Source of the DNA: an uncultured Clostridia bacterium
GTDB lineage: Bacteria; Acidobacteriota; Blastocatellia; UBA7656
DNA: 64,000 bases
Assembly: GCA_964548075.1 (NCBI GenBank)
Contig: CAZJQQ010000008.1
Span: forward strand, 57,237 to 121,236
Direction: 5' to 3'
Positions 1-7,850 of this stretch are shown one piece after another. The translations under genes were made by a program, and so were the position numbers. Within the stretch, counting starts at the first letter, position 1. Every line of letters starts with the position of its first letter. A model generated the notes under the pieces. It searched no databases. It was not told where the DNA came from and saw nothing but the letters and a program-made list of their open reading frames with translations.

Positions 1-351
1 GGGTCGGAGGCAACCTTCAACGCTTTCTTGAATGCTTTGACGCGCTCGTCTTTCGGGCTGAGGACAGAAATACTGTGCAACGACAGGTTCAAGTCGGGAT
101 GCCAGGCCAAAATCCTTTGTATATCCTTATATGTCGCGAGAGGTCCCGCCTCATCTACCAGCGGCGTAGCGATAGCGAGGCACCAGGCATCCGACTCGAC
201 TGAATACCACCAAAAGGCCGCCTTGATCCGAAAGTGAGACGCCCCCCCAAAGTTCAATCTTCGACGACCACTCTTGATTTCTCTCGGCTCCTTCAACGCA
301 TCCAGAAACCGTCTACCCTCCGCTAGGTCTTGCTCTACCAGTGTTGCTTTA
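1..351 (-). CDS. Hypothetical protein, partial (runs off the window edge). Starts MVKATLVEQDLAEG... and overlaps the stop of the HEPN gene by about 16 bp. No recognisable nucleotidyltransferase motif.
   Basis: Open frame on the minus strand from an ATG at about 349-351 to the window edge. It is translationally coupled to the upstream HEPN ORF. Not in the supplied ORF track because it has no stop within the window. Confidence 0.3.
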
Positions 352-748
352 ACCATCTCAATACTCCATGTCTGCGGTCAGAGATAGCCTTGATTAGATC
401 TACCGCTTGTCGTTCATCGTTTAGCCCATATCGGCTATCTTCTGTCCAGCCAGTGACGTTGGCCCAGTTCCGGCTGAAGACAGGGTCGGCCTTGCTCTCC
501 GCTGCTAGCGAGATTTCTAGTCTGGCAATCCCAACGAGTTTTACCAGACTATGGGTCCAGCTTTCGTTCACTGTCTTCTTGTCGGGAAAGTCGTGTCGCT
601 TCGTGCGTTTCGCAATGCAAGCCTTCAGCGCGCACTCAGCAACATAGCCCGCAAGATAGTATGCCCCTGAATATTCCCCATTCGCGAGTAGGACCTTTGC
701 CTCCCTCAGTCTCATCTGCGCGAGCAGTTTGAAATCGTTCCTGTTCAT
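335..748 (-). CDS. HEPN-domain protein, a putative toxin-like component of a HEPN/partner pair
   Basis: 137-aa ORF with the YYLAGYVAECALKA helix signature typical of the PF05168 HEPN family, plus a basic RTKRHDF patch. It sits directly downstream of moeZ on the same strand. Confidence 0.65.
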   Translation of the reverse strand: MNRNDFKLLAQMRLREAKVLLANGEYSGAYYLAGYVAECALKACIAKRTKRHDFPDKKTVNESWTHSLVKLVGIARLEISLAAESKADPVFSRNWANVTGWTEDSRYGLNDERQAVDLIKAISDRRHGVLRWLKQHW

Positions 749-770
749 CAGTCAGCCGCAACGAACACGC

Positions 771-2219
771 TCAATACTTCGGAACGGTCGGATCAACATC
801 ATCCGACCAACGCAAAATGCCGCCGACCAGATTCTTCACCTTGCGATACCCGGCCTGCTTCATGAACTCGACCGCTCCTCCGCTGCGGACGCCGCTGCGA
901 CAGTGGACGACGATCTCGTCCGCGCTCGATAGCTCGTGCAAGCGCTCGGGCAGCGTCGCGCGCGGAATCAATTTTGCGCCGGGTATCCGGCAGATCGCGT
1001 ACTCCTCAGGCTCGCGCACGTCTACGAGCACAAACTCATCGCCGCGATCAATCTTGGCCTTAAGCTCGAGCGGCGTAATCTCAAAGTCCTCTCCCAAATC
1101 GACCTGCGGCTGATGAGTCACTCCGCAAAACTCGTTGTAATCGATTAGCTCGTGAATAGTAGGATTCACTCCGCAGATCGGGCACTCGGGATTCTTCCTG
1201 AGCTTCAGCTCGCGAAACTTCATCTTCAAAGCGTCGAACAGCATCAATCGCCCGATCAACGAATCACCTTTGCCCAGTATGAGCTTCACGGTTTCGATCG
1301 CTTGAATCACGCCGATCACTCCAGGCAACACACCGAGCACGCCGCCTTCAGCACAACTCGGCACCAGTCCCGGTGGAGGCGGTTCAGGATACAGGCAGCG
1401 ATAACACGGGCCTTCCTTTGCGTAGAAGACGGTCGCTTGACCTTCGAACCTGAAGATCGAGCCATACACATTCGGCTTACCCATCAGCACGCACGCGTCG
1501 TTGACCAGATATCGCGTAGGGAAGTTGTCCGTGCCATCGACGATGATGTCGTAATCGGCGAACAGCTCTAGCGCGTTCTCCGATGTTAGCGCGACTTCGT
1601 ACGTGTCAACCTGCACGTAAGGATTGATCTCGGCGATCCGCTCTTTTGCGGAGTCGAGCTTCAACCGGCCGACGTTTGCGGTCGAGTGAATGATCTGCCG
1701 TTGCAGGTTAGTGAAATCGACTACGTCAAAATCAACGATGCCAAGCCGGCCGACTCCCGCCGCCGCAAGGTACATCGCCAGCGGCGAGCCTAGCCCGCCG
1801 GCGCCTATGCACAGCACCTTCGCCGCCTTGATCTTCTTCTGACCTTCCAACGCGACTTCGGGCATGATCAAGTGGCGGCTGTAGCGAAGGATCTCGTCGT
1901 GATCCAGCTCAACGGGCCGCGCCGCTGCTTTTTCGATCACCCCGACGCCGCCCGCGATCGACGGTACGATGCTCAACGCGTCGCCGTCCTTGACAGGCGT
2001 CGCGCCCTTCTCAGCGTAGCGAATATCTTCGTCGTTGACGTAGATGTTGACGAAGTGCCGCAGTTGTCCTTCTTCGCTATAAAGGTGCTTCTTCAGGTCG
2101 GGATATTTGCTGGTCAGCGCATCGAGGGCGCCGCCAACCGTGCTGGCCTCGACCGCCACCGAGTCGCTGCCATCTGCGAAGTTGCGCAGCGCGGTCGGGA
2201 TCAGAATGTTCACAGCCAT
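771..2219 (-). CDS. moeZ: Tri-domain sulfur-carrier activating enzyme: N-terminal MoaD/ThiS/CysO-like beta-grasp ending in ...SIAGG, a ThiF/MoeB E1-like adenylyltransferase domain and a C-terminal rhodanese domain (MoeZ-like)
   Basis: The first ~91 aa align with the MoaD/ThiS fold and end in GG. The central region has the Rossmann GxGxxG motif (GAGGLGSP) and a CxxC pair (CYRC...CPIC). The C-terminus has the rhodanese active-site loop VVHCRSGVRSG. Confidence 0.85.
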   Translation of the reverse strand: MAVNILIPTALRNFADGSDSVAVEASTVGGALDALTSKYPDLKKHLYSEEGQLRHFVNIYVNDEDIRYAEKGATPVKDGDALSIVPSIAGGVGVIEKAAARPVELDHDEILRYSRHLIMPEVALEGQKKIKAAKVLCIGAGGLGSPLAMYLAAAGVGRLGIVDFDVVDFTNLQRQIIHSTANVGRLKLDSAKERIAEINPYVQVDTYEVALTSENALELFADYDIIVDGTDNFPTRYLVNDACVLMGKPNVYGSIFRFEGQATVFYAKEGPCYRCLYPEPPPPGLVPSCAEGGVLGVLPGVIGVIQAIETVKLILGKGDSLIGRLMLFDALKMKFRELKLRKNPECPICGVNPTIHELIDYNEFCGVTHQPQVDLGEDFEITPLELKAKIDRGDEFVLVDVREPEEYAICRIPGAKLIPRATLPERLHELSSADEIVVHCRSGVRSGGAVEFMKQAGYRKVKNLVGGILRWSDDVDPTVPKY

Positions 2220-2409
2220 AAGGTCTCCTTCCAGACTCTTTACCTATCTCTCCGTAGATTTGATTGTAGAGTTGAGGCGTGGAAAAGCAAGGCGCTCGGG
2301 CAGGCCGCTCTCTCTGAGATGCCTGTACGGGCCGTGGCCGCCCCTCCCTTACACGTCGAAGGCTTTCGGTTCCAAGGAGGGGCGGCCACCGAGCGCCGCC
2401 CGTACACCG

Positions 2410-2841
2410 TCACTTGATGTCTAGGATCAATATCTCTTCTTGCACGAAGCGCGTGTAGTCAGGCTTTGTGAAGGAATTCAGCGCGGCTGACTTTCCTTGC
2501 TCGACCGCGACGATGATGTAAGACTCGCCCGGCCAGCACGAATGATCGAGATCGTAGCCCGAAGGAGCGGCCGGATGATCGGGATGCGAATGATAGTAGC
2601 CAATAACGCCGAGCCCGCGGCTTCGCGCATAATCGTCGGCGCGCTTGGATTGCTCGGGTGTGATCAAGTAGCGGGTTTCACGGGACTCCTGACGTTCGTT
2701 CTCAGCCGGGTAGACTTCGGCGAGAATGTTGGTCTCGCCTTCCCGTGCGCCGAGAAGAAAGCCGCAGCACTCGTGAGGGTAAGTCGTCTCGCCGTGCTTC
2801 CTTATTTGAGCGAGATGTTCTGAGCTAACCTTGATCGTCAC
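2410..2841 (-). CDS. mec: JAMM/MPN+ metalloprotease (Mec+-like) that would release a Gly-Gly C-terminus of the sulfur-carrier domain
   Basis: 143-aa ORF with the E...HSHPDHPAAPSGYD JAMM motif (HxHx7Sx2D). It lies immediately upstream of the fused CysO-MoeZ gene on the same strand. Confidence 0.8.
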   Translation of the reverse strand: MTIKVSSEHLAQIRKHGETTYPHECCGFLLGAREGETNILAEVYPAENERQESRETRYLITPEQSKRADDYARSRGLGVIGYYHSHPDHPAAPSGYDLDHSCWPGESYIIVAVEQGKSAALNSFTKPDYTRFVQEEILILDIK

Positions 2842-2859
2842 TTCGTAATAGTCCTTCGG

Positions 2860-3399
2860 TTAGAGAGTCACCTCATCGGCAGTCTTCACCTTGATCGCGT
2901 GCGAGCCTGCGTCGAAGCCATCCAGCAACGCGTTGTGATGTGCGATGATCTGCGCCGCAGTCAGAAGCTTGTTGTCGATCGTCGTGTGAGCATCACTGAC
3001 CAGAGTCACAGCATAGCCCATGCTGACCGCTCGCCGGCTAGTCGTATCCACGCAGTATTCAGTCATGCACCCTGTGACGATGAGATGCTTGACGCCTCTC
3101 GCCTCAAGCTCGCGTTGGAGCGTCGTCTCAAAGAAGGAATCCGAAGCGCGTTTGTTGATGATCAAGTCTTTTTCGTGAGGCGTGATCGCCGGGTGAATCT
3201 GCCAACCTTCAGAGCCAACCTCGAGAGGATGCCCCTTCTCGCCATCGTGTTGAACGTAGATGATCGGCATGTTCGACGCGCGGGCCTTCGAGACGAGCTT
3301 GTTGATCCGCTCAAGCACCTCGGACCCATGGTACGCGCGGAAGCCTTCGATGATGCCGATTTGAACGTCGATAACTAATACTGCGCTGTTTTTGCTCAT
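2860..3399 (-). CDS. Isochorismatase-family (cysteine hydrolase) protein
   Basis: 179-aa ORF with the VLVIDVQ N-terminus, a catalytic-cysteine region (LIVTGCMTEYCVDTT) and the general isochorismatase-fold pattern. Confidence 0.7.
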   Translation of the reverse strand: MSKNSAVLVIDVQIGIIEGFRAYHGSEVLERINKLVSKARASNMPIIYVQHDGEKGHPLEVGSEGWQIHPAITPHEKDLIINKRASDSFFETTLQRELEARGVKHLIVTGCMTEYCVDTTSRRAVSMGYAVTLVSDAHTTIDNKLLTAAQIIAHHNALLDGFDAGSHAIKVKTADEVTL

Positions 3400-3407
3400 C
3401 GGGATTC

Positions 3408-4118
3408 TCAGTCCAGCATTACCGGAATGCCATTCCTAAACTCCAGTACTTTTCGTTCCGCATGAACTCGTTGTTGGCCATCTTCGACGATTACATTTCC
3501 TTCCGCTAGCACGCGCAGTGAGCCCTTTGCGATCGTGACTCTGTCGGCGCAAACTGTCAGCACGTCGTAGCTCACAATCACACCTGAGAACGGCCTCTTG
3601 TCTGCAGTGTATTCAGTGGCGTTGACACGATTGCGACTATGATCGTACTGGACGAGCAGGCTGAGCTCAGGGGTCGCGGTATTCGGAATCGCCAGGGACT
3701 GATACTTCGGTTTCGGCGCCAGTTCAACGTGGTCCTTTTCTCCAAGAACCGCGCCGATGACCAGAATCCGAGGCGCCGGAGTGACATTTATTAAGGTAGT
3801 AGTGCCTGCGACAATTCGAAATGGAGCGCGCTTAACTGGGAAATAGTATCCGAAGCCTTTCTCCGATGTGATCTGATAGAGGCCGGCGGGTAGTTCAAAC
3901 TCATGACTGCCGTAATCTTCTGATGAGAATGTGCACTTTGCGCCGTTGCCCTCGATCGTTATCGGTATGTTGGGAACAATGCGCCCTATGGTGTCGAGTA
4001 CCGTAACCTTGAGCATTCCAGTTGAAGGAGACGCTACAACATCTCGCTGCCTCGTCGACGCGATTAGCAATAGGGCAAGCAAAACGACCCCTGCCTTCAT
4101 TACCACCCTGGACGCCAT
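3408..4118 (-). CDS. Secreted hypothetical protein (N-terminal signal peptide, beta-rich)
   Basis: 236-aa ORF with a hydrophobic signal-like N-terminus MKAGVVLLALLLIAS. Same strand as the neighbouring genes, with tight spacing. Confidence 0.45.
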   Translation of the reverse strand: MASRVVMKAGVVLLALLLIASTRQRDVVASPSTGMLKVTVLDTIGRIVPNIPITIEGNGAKCTFSSEDYGSHEFELPAGLYQITSEKGFGYYFPVKRAPFRIVAGTTTLINVTPAPRILVIGAVLGEKDHVELAPKPKYQSLAIPNTATPELSLLVQYDHSRNRVNATEYTADKRPFSGVIVSYDVLTVCADRVTIAKGSLRVLAEGNVIVEDGQQRVHAERKVLEFRNGIPVMLD

Positions 4119-4149
4119 CTCATTCCTTCAGTTAACCCAACGGCTCAAT

Positions 4150-4275
4150 GCTCGTCACTTGTCCTAAAACCGCTCGGTCAAGTACTTGTCTCCTGCGTCG
4201 GGGGAACACTGTTACGATCACACCCGACTCGATCTTCTCGGCGACCTTGAGCGCACACACGCGCCGGGCCCGAAC
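4150..4275 (-). pseudogene. Degenerate duplicate of the cysM 3' end (about 85% identical to 5136-5262). Encodes ...QKIESGVIVTVFPDAGDKYL(T)ERF only if one C of a CCCCC run is removed.
   Basis: Direct nucleotide comparison of 4150-4275 with 5136-5262 shows a colinear match. The reading frame is broken by a 1-nt insertion. Confidence 0.65.
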
Positions 4276-4338
4276 CCATTCTAGAAAGAACCGGTATCGC
4301 TCTGTGGTAGGATATACCAGCGAAAGGAGCATTGACCA

Positions 4339-4632
4339 ATGTCGACGGTGAACCTGGAGATTGAAATCCCTGAGCGGATACGCGGCACCGATCTTGAAAA
4401 AAAGCTGCTGCAAAAAGCACAGAAGCACGCGCTGGAACAAGCGGTAGTCGAACTCTACAAAGAGGGGTCGATATCAACCGGAACCGGCGCGGAGCTGCTG
4501 CGGATGCCGCTCTACGACTTTATCCAGTTCCTCGGTCTGCATCAGGTCTCTATCTTCAACTACACGTCTGAGGAGCTAGACCAGGACGTGCAAGCAGCCA
4601 ACCGCGCACACGACGAAGCACTGGAAAGCTAA
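4339..4632 (+). CDS. UPF0175-family antitoxin
   Basis: 97-aa acidic protein. Its stop/start junction abuts the downstream DUF3368 gene (TAAGTG overlap). A perfect palindrome TGGTAGGATATACCA lies in its promoter region at about 4298-4312. Confidence 0.65.
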   Translation: MSTVNLEIEIPERIRGTDLEKKLLQKAQKHALEQAVVELYKEGSISTGTGAELLRMPLYDFIQFLGLHQVSIFNYTSEELDQDVQAANRAHDEALES

Positions 4633-5118
4633 GTGATCGTCGTCTGCAACTCCTCGCCACTCATCGCGCTCTCAATCGTTAATTCGCTGGACTTGCTGCA
4701 CGCACTCTACGGCAGTATCTATATTCCCGAAGCAGTCTTTCATGAAGTAGTCATTCGCGGCGCAGGCCGGCCTGGAGCAACCGCTGTAGCGAATGCTCCC
4801 TGGATCGTGCTGCAGACGCCCGCAAACCAACAGACCGTAGCGCAGCTATTAAGTGCGGGTCTCGACCAAGGCGAAAGTGAAGCCATCGTTCTCGCATCCG
4901 AGCTTTCAACAGGCCTTCTGATCTTGGACGAGAGCCATGCCCGAACAGTCGCTCGTCAGCAAGGACTTCCGGTTACTGGGACGCTCGGCGTGCTCATCGC
5001 CGCCAAGAATGCTGGAATGGTTGCAGCGATCAAACCGCTGCTCGGTCAGTTGAGTGCTGCAGGATTCTACATTAGTCCCCAAATCATTGCTCACGCCCTA
5101 CAGCTTGCTGGCGAGTAA
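4633..5118 (+). CDS. DUF3368-family PIN-like toxin partner of UPF0175
   Basis: 161-aa ORF whose N-terminus (VVCNSSPLIALSIVNSLDLL) is typical of PIN-like DUF3368 proteins. It is coupled to the upstream small antitoxin. Confidence 0.65.
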   Translation: MIVVCNSSPLIALSIVNSLDLLHALYGSIYIPEAVFHEVVIRGAGRPGATAVANAPWIVLQTPANQQTVAQLLSAGLDQGESEAIVLASELSTGLLILDESHARTVARQQGLPVTGTLGVLIAAKNAGMVAAIKPLLGQLSAAGFYISPQIIAHALQLAGE

Positions 5119-5135
5119 CCATCGACTTCGAGTAG

Positions 5136-6092
5136 TTAACGTTCATCCCAGAACCGCTCGCTCAAGTATTTGTCGCCAGCATCCGGAAACACTGTCACGA
5201 TCACGCCCGACTCGATCTTCTGCGCGACCCGGAGTGCGCACGCGAGCGCCGCACCCGACGATACTCCGACAAGCAATCCTTCTTGCTTGGCGAGCCTGCG
5301 CGTGTACTCTTGAGCTTGCTCGGTGCCTATCTCGTAGTTCTCATCAGCGATCGACGAATCGTAAATCCCCGGCACGATCGCTGACTCCATGTGCTTCAGT
5401 CCTTCGAGCCCGTGAAAGGGCGAGTCGGGTTGAAACGAGATCGCTTTGATCTCGGGGTTCAACTCTTTCAGCCGCCGCGCTGTGCCGACAAAAGTCCCGC
5501 TCGTGCCGAGTCCAGCGATGAAGTGCGTGATGCGGCTTGAGGTCTGCTCCCAAATCTCGGGCGCGGTGGTCTCGTAGTGAGCTTGCCAGTTAGCGGGGTT
5601 GTTGTACTGATCAGCATAAAAGTAGAGATCCGGGTTCTCAGCATAGAGCCGCCGCGCCTCACGAATCGCTCCGTCCGAGCCTTCAAGCGGACTCGTCAAC
5701 ACAAGCTGCGCGCCGTAGCTTCTCAAGATTCGTTTGCGTTCTTCACTCGCGTTCTGAGGCAGCGCTAGCCTCACCTTGTAGCCACGCGCCGCTCCTATCC
5801 ACGCGTAAGCTATTCCGGTATTGCCCGAGGTCGCGTCAAGAATGATCTTCCCCGGAGTTAGCTTACCTGTATGCTCGCCGTCCAGAATCATGCTGAGCGC
5901 GGGACGGTCTTTGACGGAGCCGCCCGGGTTGAACCATTCGGCCTTGGCGTAGATTTCGATCTTGTTCGACGACGCCGCGATGTTCCGAAGTCGGAGCAGC
6001 GGAGTGTTGCCGACGAGTTCCCACGCCTCCATCGGCGCCTGCGCTCGCCGCAGAATGGCTTCGGTTATTTTGCTGCTGGCCTTCGCGTCCAT
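5136..6092 (-). CDS. cysM: Cysteine synthase B / O-phosphoserine sulfhydrylase-type CysM (PLP-dependent)
   Basis: 318 aa with the PLP-lysine motif NPGGSVKDR, the TSGNTG loop and the glycine-rich GxGTSGT loop. It clusters with mec and the CysO-MoeZ fusion. Confidence 0.85.
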   Translation of the reverse strand: MDAKASSKITEAILRRAQAPMEAWELVGNTPLLRLRNIAASSNKIEIYAKAEWFNPGGSVKDRPALSMILDGEHTGKLTPGKIILDATSGNTGIAYAWIGAARGYKVRLALPQNASEERKRILRSYGAQLVLTSPLEGSDGAIREARRLYAENPDLYFYADQYNNPANWQAHYETTAPEIWEQTSSRITHFIAGLGTSGTFVGTARRLKELNPEIKAISFQPDSPFHGLEGLKHMESAIVPGIYDSSIADENYEIGTEQAQEYTRRLAKQEGLLVGVSSGAALACALRVAQKIESGVIVTVFPDAGDKYLSERFWDER

Positions 6093-6353
6093 CGTCTTTG
6101 TTCTTGCGTCTTCGGCTTGGATTAGAGGATAGCATTATGCCCGAACCCGCTTAGCCGGCGAAAGCATGTAGCCCAGGTCAAGTTGTAGTCCTCCGCGCGC
6201 CTCCGCGTCCTGCGGTTATTCTCACCGGTGTTCTCCCTGCTAACCGCGGAGACTCTGAGGACTCAGCGGGAGAATCCAAGGCGACAAAAGCCATCCGTCC
6301 GTCGGCATCAATCGCTCCCGCCGTCGGAGCAGCCTTGCGAGTGACTTGTTGCG

Positions 6354-7778
6354 ATGCGCGATGATAAACTCTCTAGGCTTGCAAGCGACGCCCGCTGCGA
6401 ATTCAACCGAGGAATCATGGATTATTCAGAGAACATACTTGGCCTTATCGGAAACACTCCTCTCGTCAAGCTGAACAAGCTAACCAAGGGCATCGACGCA
6501 GTCGTGCTCGCAAAGATGGAATCGCTCAATCCCGGCGGTTCGGTTAAAGACCGCATCGGCGTCTCGATGATAGACGCCGCTGAGCGCGACGGCCGCCTCA
6601 AGCCCGGCGGCACCGTCGTCGAAGCGACCAGTGGCAACACCGGTATCGGCATCGCTCTGGTCTGCGCTGTGCGAGGCTACAAAGCGGTGTTCGTGATGAC
6701 GGATAAGTGCTCGGTCGAAAAGGTCCGCTACTTGAAGGCGCTCGGCTCCGACGTCGTAGTCGTTCCCGTGGCGGCCAAGCCGGACTCGCCCGATCATTAC
6801 GTCAACACTGCGCGGCGCATCGCACAGGAGACGCCCAACTCGCTGTTCGTCTTTCAGTATGGCAATGCCGCCAACCCTGAAGCACACTATCGGACGACTG
6901 GACCCGAGCTTTGGGAACAGACTCAGGGTCGCATCACGCACTTTGTTGCGGGCGTCGGCACCGGCGGAACGATCAGCGGGACAGGCCGCTACTTGAAAGA
7001 GAAGAACCAGAAGATTCGTGTGATCGGCGCGGATCCTTACGGCTCGGTGTTTAAGACTTTCAAGGAAACCGGCAAGCTCATGCAGGCGACGCCTTACTTG
7101 GTTGAAGGCATCGGCCAGGAGATCATCCCCGAGAACGTCCACTTCAAATACATCGACGAGATCATCAACGTCACCGATAAGGACTCATTTCAGATGGCGC
7201 GCCGGCTGAGCCGCGAAGAGGGAATCTTTTGCGGCGGCTCGACGGGAACGAACGCGGTAGCGGCGCTTCAGGTCGCGCGAGATCTCGGCAAAGACGATGT
7301 TGTCGTGTTCCTGGTGGCCGATACCGGCGAAAGGTATCTCTCGAAGTTCCACTCCGACGAATGGATGAAAGAGAAGCGCATGTTGGGCGTCGAGAAGATG
7401 ACCGTCGGGCTTATCAACCAGCTCAAGTCAGACGATTCGACTCCGCATCTGGTTTCGGTGAGCCCGGATCACAAGGTGGCCGACGCGCTCCAGATGATGA
7501 AGACATACGGGCTCTCACAGTTGCCGGTGATCGAGGAAGGAAAATCCGTTGGCAGCCTCCGCGAAGGAAGGCTGATGGGAAAGCTGCTCGACAATCGCGA
7601 GCTAATGCAGTCGCCGGTCTCCGATGTGATGGATCGAGCATTGCCGGTCGTTAATGAGGACGTAAGCGTGGAGACCGCTGTGAAGTATCTGAAGAGTTCG
7701 CCTGCGCTGCTTGTCGAAGAGTACGGCCGCATCGTCGGCATCGTTACCCGTCAGGACGTTGTCGACGTTCAAGGTTGA
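6354..7778 (+). CDS. Cystathionine beta-synthase-like protein: PLP cysteine-synthase fold plus a tandem CBS-domain pair. The true start is possibly at 6417 (MDYSENILG).
   Basis: Has the [19 protein letters not shown] and [10 protein letters not shown] motifs. The C-terminal ~130 aa show two CBS-domain repeats. It is divergent from cysM. Confidence 0.8.
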   Translation: MRDDKLSRLASDARCEFNRGIMDYSENILGLIGNTPLVKLNKLTKGIDAVVLAKMESLNPGGSVKDRIGVSMIDAAERDGRLKPGGTVVEATSGNTGIGIALVCAVRGYKAVFVMTDKCSVEKVRYLKALGSDVVVVPVAAKPDSPDHYVNTARRIAQETPNSLFVFQYGNAANPEAHYRTTGPELWEQTQGRITHFVAGVGTGGTISGTGRYLKEKNQKIRVIGADPYGSVFKTFKETGKLMQATPYLVEGIGQEIIPENVHFKYIDEIINVTDKDSFQMARRLSREEGIFCGGSTGTNAVAALQVARDLGKDDVVVFLVADTGERYLSKFHSDEWMKEKRMLGVEKMTVGLINQLKSDDSTPHLVSVSPDHKVADALQMMKTYGLSQLPVIEEGKSVGSLREGRLMGKLLDNRELMQSPVSDVMDRALPVVNEDVSVETAVKYLKSSPALLVEEYGRIVGIVTRQDVVDVQG

Positions 7779-7850
7779 AGCGGTTTTTTCCGAAGGCCTG
7801 AGCCCTCCAGAATCGAAGGGAATCTCCACGTGGCTCACCTTACTTTTTGA

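Noticed and set aside
1872-2417. 181-aa plus-strand ORF antisense to moeZ. The same pattern holds at 6480..7142, 22607..23353, 23047..23970, 51672..52607, 55259..55696 and many others.
   Set aside because: These are typical shadow ORFs of a high-GC genome. Each lies wholly inside a well-supported gene on the other strand and has no motifs.
6093-6416. Possible riboswitch (SAM/cysteine-related) in the divergent cysM-CBS intergenic region
   Set aside because: A local hairpin (TTCTCCCTGCT...AGCGGGAGAA) is visible. I could not recognise the conserved cores of SAM-I, SAM-II or other sulfur-metabolism riboswitches by eye. It needs an Rfam scan.
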